From assembly GCA_963719495.1 (NCBI GenBank), contig CAVRCI010000001.1:64001-128000 (forward strand): DNA of 64,000 nucleotides, in the 5' to 3' direction. The notes under the pieces are model-generated. The model made no database searches, was not told the origin of the DNA, and saw only the letters and a list, made by a program, of their open reading frames with translations. Source of the stretch: an uncultured Verrucomicrobiae bacterium. Its GTDB lineage: Bacteria; Verrucomicrobiota; Verrucomicrobiia; Chthoniobacterales; JAATET01. Below, in pieces: positions 1-11,825 of the stretch. The translations under genes and the position numbers were made by a program. Numbering within the stretch: the stretch's first letter is position 1; every line of letters begins with the position of its first letter.

Positions 1-2
1 GC

Positions 3-1754
3 ACCATCCTCGGCGGCGGCAACAGCAGCCCGCTCAACCAGGAGATCCGCGAAAAGAAGGGCCTCGCCCACACCATCGACGCCGGCTCCTACGCCCTCGC
101 CGCCGAAGGCATCTTCGTCATCCAAGCCGTCACCGATCCCGGCAAACGCGACGCCGTGACCACCGAATCCCTCGCCCTCGTCGAGCAGCTCAAAAAGGAC
201 GGCGTTACTGAGGCCGAACTCGCCAAGGCCCGCAAGTCCCTCCTCTCCTCGCAGCTCGGCGCCCTGACCACCGTCCGCGGGATGGCCTCCGACCACGGCT
301 CGAATTGGCTCCTCACCCGCAATCTCAACTTCTCCCGCGACTACCTCAACGCCCTCAACGCCACCACGGCTGCCGACGTCCAACGCGTCGCCAACCAATA
401 CCTCCGCGAGGACAAACTCACCGTCACCTCCCTCAACCCCGTCGGCTCCCTCGTGGCCACGGAGAAAAAACAAACCGCCCCGCGCGAAGCCACGGTCAAG
501 GAATTCACCCTCCCGAACGGCCTCCGCCTCCTCGTCCGCGAGAACCACCGTCTCCCCCTGGTCTCCATGGTCGCCGTCTTCAAAGGCGGCCTCCTCGCCG
601 AGACCGCCGAGAACAACGGCATCTCGACCCTCCTCGGCAGCACCATCACCAAAGGCACCACCACCCGCTCCGCCGAACAAATCGCCGACCAGATCGAATC
701 CGTGGGCGGCGATATCGCCGGCAGCTCCGGCAACAACAGCTTCAGCGTCGCCGTCAGCGTCATGAAGCCCGACTACCAACTCGGCCTCGATCTCCTCACC
801 GACGTCCTGGAAAACCCCACCTTCCCCGACGCCGAAGTCGCCCGCGAAAAGGAAGCCCAACTCGCCGGTATCAAAGCTGAAAACGACCAACCCACCGCCG
901 TCGCCCGCAACGTCCTCCGCGAGCACCTCTTCGTCGACCACCCCTACGGCCTCCGCGGCAACGGCAGCCCCGAAGTCGTCCCGACGCTCACCCCCGAGCA
1001 GGTCCGCGAGTTCCACGAAAAGACCGTCACGGCGAAAAACGGAGTCCTTGCCATCTTTGGCGACGTCGACGCCGACGCCGTTTACGAATCGGTAAAGACG
1101 GCGCTCTCCGGCCTCCCGCAAGGCCGGGACATTCTCACCGACCTCCCGGAAGGCCCACGGCCCACCTCCGACGAGACCTTCACCGAGATCCGCGAGAAGA
1201 ACCAAGCCATCGTCATGATCGGCTACCCCGGCGTCGATCTCACCAGCGACGACCGCGTCATCATGGAGCTCATCGACACCGCCTCCAGCGACCTCGGCTC
1301 CCGCTTCTTCAACCGCATCCGCGAAGAGCTCGGCCTCGCCTACTTCGTCGGCACCACCCAGCTCATCGGCCCCACGCCCGGCATGCTCGTCTTCTACCTC
1401 GGCACCGACCCGACCAAGGTCGAGCGCGTCCGCACCGAATTCAAGGACGAGATCGCCAAGCTGGCCAAAGACGGTCTCACCCCCGAAGAACTCGCCCGCG
1501 CGAAAAGCAAGCTCCTCGGAGCCGAGGCGATCCGCGACCAGAGCGACAGTGCCACCGCGCAGGCCACCGCCCTCGACGTCCTCTTCGGCCTCGGCACCGA
1601 CTACCGCGACACCCGCCGCGCCGCCGTCGAAGCCGCAACCGTCGCCGACACCCAGCGCGTATCGTCCGAGTATTTCGGCAAACCCGGCAGCGTCGAAACC
1701 ATCGTCACGCCGAAGGTCGAAACAACCACCCCTTCCCCCACCCCCGAACCCTAG
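3..1754 (+). CDS. M16 family (pitrilysin-like) zinc peptidase, 5'-truncated by window edge
   Basis: Frame open from base 3 (TILGGGNSSPLNQEIREKKGLA); repeated M16 modules (LPNGLRLLVRE, SRFFNRIREELGLAY). Confidence 0.9.
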   Translation, partial: TILGGGNSSPLNQEIREKKGLAHTIDAGSYALAAEGIFVIQAVTDPGKRDAVTTESLALVEQLKKDGVTEAELAKARKSLLSSQLGALTTVRGMASDHGSNWLLTRNLNFSRDYLNALNATTAADVQRVANQYLREDKLTVTSLNPVGSLVATEKKQTAPREATVKEFTLPNGLRLLVRENHRLPLVSMVAVFKGGLLAETAENNGISTLLGSTITKGTTTRSAEQIADQIESVGGDIAGSSGNNSFSVAVSVMKPDYQLGLDLLTDVLENPTFPDAEVAREKEAQLAGIKAENDQPTAVARNVLREHLFVDHPYGLRGNGSPEVVPTLTPEQVREFHEKTVTAKNGVLAIFGDVDADAVYESVKTALSGLPQGRDILTDLPEGPRPTSDETFTEIREKNQAIVMIGYPGVDLTSDDRVIMELIDTASSDLGSRFFNRIREELGLAYFVGTTQLIGPTPGMLVFYLGTDPTKVERVRTEFKDEIAKLAKDGLTPEELARAKSKLLGAEAIRDQSDSATAQATALDVLFGLGTDYRDTRRAAVEAATVADTQRVSSEYFGKPGSVETIVTPKVETTTPSPTPEP

Positions 1755-1768
1755 TCCAAGGAGACCCC

Positions 1769-2065
1769 ATGGCCGAAATCTTCAAATCTCAAAACAACGG
1801 CGAGATGACGCAGCGCTTCATCGAGTTCATCATGATGCAGGCGCAGCAATGCGCCCTCTTCCTGGGCCGCATCCCCAACCCCCAGTCGGGTCAACCCGAG
1901 CCCAACTTGGCGGTAGCCCGCATGCTCATCGACCAGCTCGAGATGCTCCGCGAAAAAACCCGGGGAAACTTGAACCACGAAGAAACCGAGATCTTGGAAA
2001 GCATCCTAACCGACCTCCAACAAGCCTTCGCCAAGGCCGAACGGGAAGAGCTGGTCCCCGCGTAA
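1769..2065 (+). CDS. DUF1844-like protein
   Basis: LGRIPNP...ARMLIDQLEMLREKTRGNL..EE..L pattern; GGAG upstream. Confidence 0.85.
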   Translation: MAEIFKSQNNGEMTQRFIEFIMMQAQQCALFLGRIPNPQSGQPEPNLAVARMLIDQLEMLREKTRGNLNHEETEILESILTDLQQAFAKAEREELVPA

Positions 2066-2079
2066 GCCAACAGGGCCCA

Positions 2080-2230
2080 AGGGCACGCGGGAACCCCGGT
2101 CCCCCGGGGGACCCGGGGGACCGCGGGGACCGCGAGCTTCCAGCTCGCCGTGCTGGGCTTCCAGCCCAGCACCTCCAACCCAAACGCGAAGCGTCAAACC
2201 AAACCTTCCGACCTCCCGACCTTCCGACCC
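2080..2230 (+). repeat. REP-like hairpin cluster plus 8-mer tandem (CCTTCCGA x3)
   Basis: GCGAGCTTCCAGCTCGC and GCTGGGCTTCCAGCCCAGC hairpins related to those at 23436 and 27123. Confidence 0.7.
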
Positions 2231-2270
2231 CCACAAAAAACGTTTGACACCCCCAACCAACCGGAGTTCC

Positions 2271-2387
2271 ATGACTCTCGTAGAGCAGGTCATCCCATTC
2301 CGCCCCCCGCGGAACCCCGTGAATCGCAGCCACTGGCCGACACGTTTCCTCCGCTCGACACTCACCCCACTCCGGGCACCCGCGTAG
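2271..2387 (+). CDS. candidate 38-aa leader peptide (uORF) upstream of yebC
   Basis: GGAG at 2263-2266 then ATG; MTLVEQVIPFRPPRNPVNRSHWPTRFLRSTLTPLRAPA*. Confidence 0.35.
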   Translation: MTLVEQVIPFRPPRNPVNRSHWPTRFLRSTLTPLRAPA

Positions 2388-2442
2388 AACGACGCTCCCC
2401 GGCCCTGGAGACTTCACCAAGTTATTCCCATCAAGGCACAGC

Positions 2443-3201
2443 ATGAGCGGCCACAGTAAATGGTCGAAAATCAAGCGCTCGAAAGGCGCTCTCGACGTCA
2501 AACGCGGGAAATTATTTTCCCAGTTGTCGAAGGAAATCACGATTGCCACCCGCTTCGGCGGCGGCAACCCGGGATTCAATCCGCGACTCCGCGCCGCCAT
2601 CCAGTCGGCGAAGTCCCAATCCATGCCCGCCGACAACATCGACCGCGCGATAAAGAAAGGCACCGGTGAACTCGAATCCGCCGCCGTCGAAGAGATCATC
2701 TACGAAGCCTACGCCCCCGGCGGCGTCGCCCTCGTCATCGAAACCGCCACCGACAACCGCAACCGCACCGCCGCCGAGATCCGCAATGCGATGACCAAAA
2801 ACCACGGCAACCTCGGCACCTCCGGCAGCGTCGCCTTCATGTTCCACCGCAAGGGCCGCATCACCCTCCCCCTCGACTCCATCGGCGAAGACGCCCTCCT
2901 CGAAATCATCCTCGAAGCCGGAGCCGAGGAACTCGCCGCCGAAGACAACGCCCACGTCATCACCACCCCCGTCGACCAGCTCTACAACGTCGCCGAAGCC
3001 CTCGCCGCCTCCGGCCACGAGCCGCTTTCGCAAACCCTCACCTTCATCCCCGAGAACCACGTCGCCCTCGGCGACCCGGCCACCGCCGAGCAGGTCCTCA
3101 AACTCTGCGACGCCCTCGACGAACTCGAAGACGTCGTGAACGTCCACGCCAATTTCGACATCCCCGAGGTCATCCTCGAAGAACTCCAGGCCCCGGCCTG
3201 A
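2443..3201 (+). CDS. yebC: YebC/PmpR (TACO1) family protein
   Basis: MSGHSKWSKIKRSKG N-terminus, YEAYAPGGVA, TDNRNRT, LDELEDVVNVHAN. Confidence 0.97.
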   Translation: MSGHSKWSKIKRSKGALDVKRGKLFSQLSKEITIATRFGGGNPGFNPRLRAAIQSAKSQSMPADNIDRAIKKGTGELESAAVEEIIYEAYAPGGVALVIETATDNRNRTAAEIRNAMTKNHGNLGTSGSVAFMFHRKGRITLPLDSIGEDALLEIILEAGAEELAAEDNAHVITTPVDQLYNVAEALAASGHEPLSQTLTFIPENHVALGDPATAEQVLKLCDALDELEDVVNVHANFDIPEVILEELQAPA

Positions 3202-3229
3202 CGACTCAAACCATCACCCAATCTCCAAA

Positions 3230-4573
<1,344 letters not shown>

Positions 4574-4587
4574 AAAGAGCCACTTCA

Positions 4588-4783
4588 AGGAGGGCACCTT
4601 CCAGGTGCCGAAGTCGGGGAGCGCACGCGTCCCCGCGTGCGTGCAGCGGCGTCCCGCCGCTGCAACCAAGGCAAATCGAGCGAAGCGAGAGAGCCGTCCT
4701 TCTCAAGGAGCGGCGATTTGCAATTGGCTCCGCCCGTCTCCGCTTCGCTCGGCTGCCGAACCAACCCAATCCGGCGAAGCCGG
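4588..4783 (+). repeat. composite REP-like element, family A+B, with a nested insert
   Basis: GGGGAGCGCACGCGTCCCCGCGTGCG / GCGGCGTCCCGCCGC / CAAGGAGCGGCGATTTGCAAT modules shared with 29241, 36624, 40486, 47003. Confidence 0.85.
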
Positions 4784-4887
4784 ACACTTCCCTCACCCAA
4801 AGGCGACCTCACCAATTCCGACAGTGCCACCCAATCGACGATCAAGCGCCAGCGTATCGTTCAAGCCCAGCGCCCGCGCCCGCGCGT

Positions 4888-5409
4888 CTAATATCCGCGA
4901 TAGTGATAGCTCAACATCCGAAAGCTATCCGCGTCCTTTTCGGCTAAGTAATAAAACAGCCGCAGCGACGTGTAGGACTGCGTCCACTGATACCCGAGCA
5001 CCGTTTGCACCACGCCATCCTCGCGCGTCTTCGAACGCGAGATGTTCCGGCTCGTCCCGTATTTCCGATCCAGATTTCGCCGCGTCTGCTCGAAGACCGC
5101 GTTCAATTTCGACGTGTCCCACGAAGGATCCGCGTATTGCAGTTCCACTTCCACCAGCGCGTCGTTGGTGAAATAAAAAATCGACCGCTTCAACCGCGGA
5201 TCCGGATGCCCCTCCACGACGATCGCGCTCTTGCCGTCGATCTCGCGATGATCCACCACCTCCGCCTTCGCCCTGGTCACCGTGCTCTCGACGATCCCGG
5301 GAGGATCACCCCACCGAAAATTGAAGGGCACCTTGATGTCCTCCGCACCCTGCGCCACCGCGACCAGGCCGATCGACACCGCCAGAAACCAGCGCCGCAC
5401 CGCACTCAT
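4888..5409 (-). CDS. hypothetical exported protein
   Basis: Signal-peptide-like N-terminus; start overlaps upstream stop (ATGA). Confidence 0.75.
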   Translation of the reverse strand: MSAVRRWFLAVSIGLVAVAQGAEDIKVPFNFRWGDPPGIVESTVTRAKAEVVDHREIDGKSAIVVEGHPDPRLKRSIFYFTNDALVEVELQYADPSWDTSKLNAVFEQTRRNLDRKYGTSRNISRSKTREDGVVQTVLGYQWTQSYTSLRLFYYLAEKDADSFRMLSYHYRGY

Positions 5410-6761
5410 TCCGCGTCCACGCCGTAGAGATCGAAATCCCCGCAGTCGAAGGCCGCCATCCGCGACAAATTCGAAACTACGAACTCCTCCACCACCGAGC
5501 CATTCCCCTGAAACAACCGCACACTCCCCGGCTCCGTCCCCGGCACCACCGCCACCCCCTTCAATCCCGCGCGGTCGCTCACCCGCACCAGCAGTAGACC
5601 ATTTTCCGTCGCCAAATAGCTGCCCTGAGAGTCGAACGCGGCAGACAATTCGATCACCCGGCCATCCGGGTCGAGCTCATTGGGATCCAGAGCGACCTCG
5701 GCCGTCAGACCTCGCGAATCAGCCCCGCCCGCCGGAGTGGCCCGACCGTCCGCGACTCCAAATTCTTCGTTCGGCGTAATCATGCGTTCCAGGACAATTC
5801 GCCAGTCGGACACCGGTCGGTCCCCTTCGCCGTCCGTCGCAACGGCCGTCTCGAGCACCATCATCCGAACCCGCTGAATCGCTCCGTTGACCTCCAACAC
5901 CGCGATGGCCTCCGCCGTATTCGAAGCTCCAATCCCCGTTGGAACGAACCCCGCTTCATCCGGCGGAAGGGTTCGCAAAATTTCACCATCGGTGCCGACC
6001 TGCACGACCGCCGTCAGAGCCCCGGTCTCGACCACCGCCCACTTCGTGCCGTCCGGACCCGCCGTCCAATCGAGCACCCGCGCGCCTTCAACAACCGGAG
6101 GCTCACCCGCATCGCCCCCCCGCACTTCCGAAGCCACCGCCGTCCCGTCCTCGAGGGCGTAGGCCCGATCTCCCGCTTCCGTCACCACGCGCACCGCACT
6201 CCCCGCGATCCCGGCGAGACCCGTGGCCCCGGGCACGGAGATCGTCCAACCCGTCCCCGCCTCGCTCACCGGCACCCGCTCGAGCACCGGTCCCGTCTTC
6301 GACTCGAACAGCACGACCAAGTTCGCCGGATCCACGAGTTCAACGTCCATCACCCGCGTCACCGCAGCATCACTCGCTTCGTCGACCCAGTCGTTGAAAT
6401 GAAACGCCTCGCCCCGAATGCTCACCGCGTCCCCGACGACGAATCCCCTCGCCGCGTAGGTCCCCGCCGGGCAGCGCAGCCCCGCATCGTCGAGTCCGTC
6501 CCAATACGTGATGTAACCGTTGAGCCCCTGGTCGAAGACCGAGGCATCCCGATCCGTCACCAACCGCCGCACCAACGAACCGGTGGCATCGAAGACACCC
6601 AGCACAAAACGCCCCGGCAGCTCCGGCGGCGCGAAGATCAATCGGATCGGCGGCTGCCCGATCGCCGGTTCGACGGGGGGTTCCTCCGGCACGGTCATGA
6701 GCTGCGCGCGTAAACCCGTCACCGCCACGAGCAGCGCAAGCATCGTTAAAAATTTCTTCAC
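5406..6761 (-). CDS. hypothetical exported protein with FlgD-like Ig domain
   Basis: GTG start overlapping the GH57 stop; signal peptide MKKFLTMLALLVAVTGLRA; VFDATGSLVRRL...WDGLDDAG..CPAGTY FlgD-Ig pattern. Confidence 0.75.
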   Translation of the reverse strand: MKKFLTMLALLVAVTGLRAQLMTVPEEPPVEPAIGQPPIRLIFAPPELPGRFVLGVFDATGSLVRRLVTDRDASVFDQGLNGYITYWDGLDDAGLRCPAGTYAARGFVVGDAVSIRGEAFHFNDWVDEASDAAVTRVMDVELVDPANLVVLFESKTGPVLERVPVSEAGTGWTISVPGATGLAGIAGSAVRVVTEAGDRAYALEDGTAVASEVRGGDAGEPPVVEGARVLDWTAGPDGTKWAVVETGALTAVVQVGTDGEILRTLPPDEAGFVPTGIGASNTAEAIAVLEVNGAIQRVRMMVLETAVATDGEGDRPVSDWRIVLERMITPNEEFGVADGRATPAGGADSRGLTAEVALDPNELDPDGRVIELSAAFDSQGSYLATENGLLLVRVSDRAGLKGVAVVPGTEPGSVRLFQGNGSVVEEFVVSNLSRMAAFDCGDFDLYGVDAE

Positions 6762-8347
6762 AGGTAATGCCGCCAATCGACGTCGGCGAACAGACTGTCG
6801 CGCCCTTCGCAGAAGGCAAGGAAGTCCGTGTCGTCCCGGCCCGCAATCAGCGCGTCGTAGAGTCGGTTGAACCGCAGAACGTGGTCCTTCGTCCGCTTCG
6901 TCGCGTATTCGCTCGCCGTCCCCGTCTTCATCAAAAACGCCCAATCGCTCGCCTGCGCCAGCAACAACTCGCGCACCATCTGCCGCAAAATTCGCTCGAT
7001 CGCCGGAGTCGGCGCCTCGCCCTCCGGGCCACCGTATTTACGCGCGCTTCGGATCATCCGTCCCGCCGCCGCGTGCAGGTGCGGGTAAATCCACGAATTG
7101 CACCGATCCAGCCACACCTCCCAATACCCCTTGTTCCCCCAACTCGACGGCGACGGCGACACGAGCTGAAGCGTCGGGTGCCGTCGCAGGTATTCTTCCG
7201 GCGTCGTCAGCCGGAAAGTATCCTGATCGAACGCCGCCTTCCGCAGGAACATCTCCAAAAATTCAGGCCCCTCGAACCACCAATGACCGAACAGCTCCGC
7301 GTCGAACGGACTCACCACCATCGGCTCGACCGGCAACTGACCCGCCAACTGCTGGATCTGACGCACCCGGCTGTCGAGAAAATGCCCGGCGTGCGAGTCC
7401 ACCGCCGCCTCCGCCCACCCGCGATTGTAGAGTTCTTTCTCCGGCCCGCCGGTAATCCGGTGATACTTGATCCCCGTGAAACGCCGGTGATCCGTCTTGA
7501 GAAACCGCCCCAGGTATTCCTCCGGCAGATCCTGGCCGATATCCCGATAAAATTCCCGGTAAGCCGGATCGCCCGGATACCCTTCTTTCGCGCTCCAAAC
7601 CTGCCGACTCGAGTCCCGGTCGCGCCCAAAAACCGCCGGCCCCTCGGGCAAAAAATACGGCGAGTAAATCGCAAAACGTGGCTTCGGCTGACCAAACATC
7701 AACCCGTGCGCATCCACCACGAACCAGCGAATCCCCGCCTCGCGCAGCAAGTCCCCCACCCCCGGCACGTAGGCGCACTCTGGCAGCCAAATCCCCCGCG
7801 GATCCCGCCCGAAGCATTCCCGATACGAGTCCCGCCCAATGAGGATCTGCGCCCGCATCGCCTCCGGAAATTGCTCCATCAGTGGCAGGAACCCATGCGT
7901 CGCCGCGCAGGTGATGATCTCGATCACCCCGTCGTCCTGTAGCTGGGCAAACGCCCCCACGATGTCGCGCCCCAGATCCTTCGTGTAAAATTCCAGCCCC
8001 TCCTCGAAACGGCCCAGATAAAACCGGGCCAGCTCGTTCATCGCCGCGTCGCCCTCCGTCCGCTCGATCTCCGCCCGCGCCAGCTCGACGCCGCGCGCCA
8101 GGTAACGCTCCGCCCGTGACTGCAACAACGGATCCCGCAGCATCTCACACAGGGTAGGCGTCATCGTAAACGTCAGCCGCGCCCCGACGCCCTCCGATTT
8201 CAACCGCCGCAGCATTCGCAACAGCGGCAAATACGTCTCCGCGATCGCCTCGTAGAGCCAATCCTCCTCGAGAAATTCCTCGTGCTCCGGATGCCGCACG
8301 AACGGCAAATGGGCGTGCAAAATCAGGGCAAGCGAACCAACGGGCAT
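6758..8347 (-). CDS. glycoside hydrolase family 57, DUF1957-type 1,4-alpha-glucan branching enzyme
   Basis: HAHLPFVR, ETYLPL, GIWLPEC, FDAELFGHWWFEG, QASDWAF motifs; start moved to ATG 8347. Confidence 0.93.
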   Translation of the reverse strand: MPVGSLALILHAHLPFVRHPEHEEFLEEDWLYEAIAETYLPLLRMLRRLKSEGVGARLTFTMTPTLCEMLRDPLLQSRAERYLARGVELARAEIERTEGDAAMNELARFYLGRFEEGLEFYTKDLGRDIVGAFAQLQDDGVIEIITCAATHGFLPLMEQFPEAMRAQILIGRDSYRECFGRDPRGIWLPECAYVPGVGDLLREAGIRWFVVDAHGLMFGQPKPRFAIYSPYFLPEGPAVFGRDRDSSRQVWSAKEGYPGDPAYREFYRDIGQDLPEEYLGRFLKTDHRRFTGIKYHRITGGPEKELYNRGWAEAAVDSHAGHFLDSRVRQIQQLAGQLPVEPMVVSPFDAELFGHWWFEGPEFLEMFLRKAAFDQDTFRLTTPEEYLRRHPTLQLVSPSPSSWGNKGYWEVWLDRCNSWIYPHLHAAAGRMIRSARKYGGPEGEAPTPAIERILRQMVRELLLAQASDWAFLMKTGTASEYATKRTKDHVLRFNRLYDALIAGRDDTDFLAFCEGRDSLFADVDWRHYL

Positions 8348-8468
8348 CAGGGAAATCGGGCGAAAACCGCCCCGCCAAACATCACCCGCCCCCCCACAAA
8401 CCCGCAAGCCCCGACTTCCCGCTTCAACGCCGCACACCTTCCCACGAAACCGCCGAGCCACCCACCGA

Positions 8469-11400
8469 TCACCCCTCCTTCACCCAGCTCAGCAACGGCC
8501 TCAATCGCGAACCACAAGTTTCGCCCCGCACGAACCTCTCGAAGAAAACCATACCCCGCGCGTCCCCCCGGATCGCATCGGCGACCGCCACCCGTTTCGA
8601 GTCATCCAACAGCTCGAGGTAACAACCCGCCAAAGCAATGGCCGCGTCGAGGTGAAGATCCCGCTTCGACTCGTCGGCCAGCGTCCCAGCCAACAGCCGG
8701 ATCGCTGTCGAATAGTCCCCCACCTCCTGCGCCGCGCCTCCGCGCAGCAACCGGACATCCGCCGCGTAGCGCCCTTCCGGAAAATGGGCCTCGTATTCGT
8801 CCAGCGCGCCGAAGACCCGCTCCGCGTCGAACGTCTTCGCCCGCTTCGCCCCGATCTCCTTGTAGCCACTCCAGATCGGAGCCTCCGGCCAATCGATCCG
8901 TTCCACCCCGACCTGCGTCCGATATTCCCGGCAGATCAACCGCGTCAGACGGAACTGCGCCGCATCAGCCTTCGGACTGTCCGGAAATTTCGCCAGATAT
9001 TCCCGCCACCCCTCGACCGTGTCGTTGCGGGCCGTCTCACCTTCGCTGGTCGCGTCCGGCTTTTTTTCCAACCGCGCGAGGTAATCCACGAAGTCCGCGA
9101 CCACCGCGAGTTGCGGATCATCCCCGGGGATCCCCCGCCCGCTGATCCGCAACCCGACATACTTCCGCCGAAGCGCCAGAGTCGTCGGGCGCTCCAGAAA
9201 CAGATCGAGATCATCCAGCACGTTGATCACCGCCGCCTGCTCCGGTGTGTTGAAAACGGGAACAAACCGCTCACGGAGAGCCGCCACTCGAACCGCAAGT
9301 TGCTCCGCCGAATCCGACTCGGAAGCCTGGATCAGCCCAGACAGCTCTTCCATCCAATCCCGACCCTCCCCCTGCCGCCTCCAGGGTACTTCGTCCCGCA
9401 TCGCCGCCCGCATTTCCTCCTCCGCCCGCCAGGGAGCTTCATCCCCCGGCATCCACTCGCCTCGCTCGATCAACGCTGGAAAGTTGTAAAACACCGCCCG
9501 TCGAGCTTCCAAAGTCCCGAAGCAATCTCGTTTCAGCCGAGCGAAGATCAATCGAGACCGAACCGAATCGTCCCGTTCGAAAGCCCGCGCCGCCTGATAC
9601 GGCGTCAGCTCCGCCATCCGAAAGGCGCACCAATTCTCCCCCGCCAGAGCCCGGGCCAGCGTCGCCGGATCGCCCGCCAGTTCCGCCGCCAACGCGAAGG
9701 CCCGCCGCGCGTGCCAAGCCTCGTCCCGCCGATCCAATTCGCCCGTCGCCTGCTCCCGGCCCACGCCCACGAACTTCGCGTTCTTCCGCCGCTGCAAATC
9801 CGCCAGTTCCGGCTCGCTGTTGTAGATCCACCTTGGATCGAGCGACGGCATCGTCACCTTCCCCCGCACCGCCATCCAACGATCCGCGATCCGCAACGCC
9901 AACCCCGCGCGCTCCTCCCGCGTCGCTGCGGATTCCATTTCGCGGTCCAAGGCAATCAGCGGCTCGATCAGTTCCTGCCACCGTGCGCGATCCATCGCCT
10001 GCCACGACCGAAGATCGAATCGCTCGTCGTCGACCGATTCCCCCGCGTCCACCTCGAGCCACCGTTCCGCCGTCGCGTAGTCACGACCGCCAACGCCCGG
10101 CACCGGACCATCGAGCGCATCCGCTCCGCGAGTTCATCCGACAGAGCCCCACCCTCCAAAGCCACCTCCAGCTCCTCGAGCGGCGCAAATTGCAGCAGCG
10201 AATCCACCCATTGCTCCAACTCCCCGCGCATCCGCAAAACCGGAAATGCCCGCTCTTCCCGCTTCTCCGACAGCAGGCGATCCAAACTTCCCGCCGCCTC
10301 GCCCGCGTCCCCCAGCTCCCGTAGGCACGTCCCCATCCGGTAAAGCAAGTCCACCCCCAACGCACCGTCCAACCCCCGCCCGGCCAATTCCCCGTAGACC
10401 AGCAACGCCGCCGCATACTGCTCATTCCGCTCCAGAGCCACCCCGCGACACGCCAGCAGATCGTCATCGACGTCGACCGCTCGGCTCGCGTCGTCCGTGA
10501 GGGCGATGGCCTGCTCGTATTCGCCGTTCTCGATTGCGACCCACGCGAGAGTCGCCAAATAAAACGCCCGCTTCCCGCCCCCATCATCCGGCCTGGTCGT
10601 CGCAACAGCCGCGCCCAATCGCAGCAGAGTCCGCCCAGCATCCCGGCGCGGCCGAACGATCCGCCGCTCGATCCGCCGGATCTCCTCTCTGCCACCCGAC
10701 CCATCGTCCGCGTAATCCAGTGCAAAGGCATCGCGGGCAGCCGCGTCGAGGCACCGGTAAACGAACATCATCGCCGCCGCCGGATGCGCCGCTAATTTTT
10801 CCACCGGCAGCCCGTCCAGAACGCCCTCGTCCTTCAACATCTCGCCAAAGACCCGGTCACACTCCCGCAACGCCGTGCGGATCACCTCCCGCGTCGGCGT
10901 CCCCTCCAGCATGCTCAGATACGACTTCAGCGCTTGCGGCCAATCGACCCGATCGGACGCCACCGCCCCCTTCCATCCGATCGCGTCCGAAACGAACCTC
11001 CCGTCCGGATACCGCGACAAATAATCCTCGAGCGTCACCTCGGCCTTTCGTCGGACTTCCGCCGCGTCCAATCCGTCCCGCTCCAGATCACGCGCCATTT
11101 CGATCTCGCACCGTGCCCGCATCAGCAACGCCACCTCGGCCCGCGCCGTCGTCGGATACCGCCGCGCGACTTGATCAAAATCCTCCGCCGCCTCCCGGAA
11201 CATCCCCCGCTTGAAATTCACCGCCCCCCGTTGCACCGACCAATGCACCCGCATCGGCTCCGACGCAACTCCCCACTCCTCGTCGACCCGCGCCAGCTCC
11301 GCGGAATACTCCGCCCACCACTTCGACTTCGCCGCCGCCCTTTTCTCGTCCGAGACGTAGCCTCCCCTCCACTTGTCGGGACTCCGCCAGACAAACCCAT

Positions 11401-11825
11401 CGTCCTTCTCCAATCGCCCCACCCGCCAAGCCAGCAGCCGCCGCACCTCGTCCACCGGCGCCCCCTCGTCCAGCAATTCCCGCCATTCGATCAGCAGATT
11501 CGCATACCGCACCCGGTAATCCCCGGCCCGATTCTCAGCCAACAACGCGTCGACCTCCGGCCCCGGATCGGACCCATCCCCAACGCGCGATCAACTCCAA
11601 GCACCTCCGCTCAACCTCCTCCGTAACCAGCGCGTCGACGGGCGGCGGATACGCCTCCGGAAAAATCTGTCGCCACGTCTTCACCCCGAACCGCTCGGGG
11701 TAGGCGTCCAGGGTCGGCGGAGCTTGATCGAAATACCCGCCGCAACCCGCCGCCGGTTCCGTCCCGGCAAAGAGCGCGATCAGAGCCGATCCAACGAATA
11801 CCAATCGCCGCCGTCCACTCGCCAT
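8469..11825 (-). pseudogene. large exported TPR-rich protein interrupted by two single-base frameshifts (real or sequencing error)
   Basis: ORF pieces 11535-11825, 9968-11545 and 8469-10103 join by removing one G at 11578-11581 and adding one G at 10087-10088; YLSRYPDGRF/YEAHFPEGRY TPR-like motifs. Confidence 0.75.
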
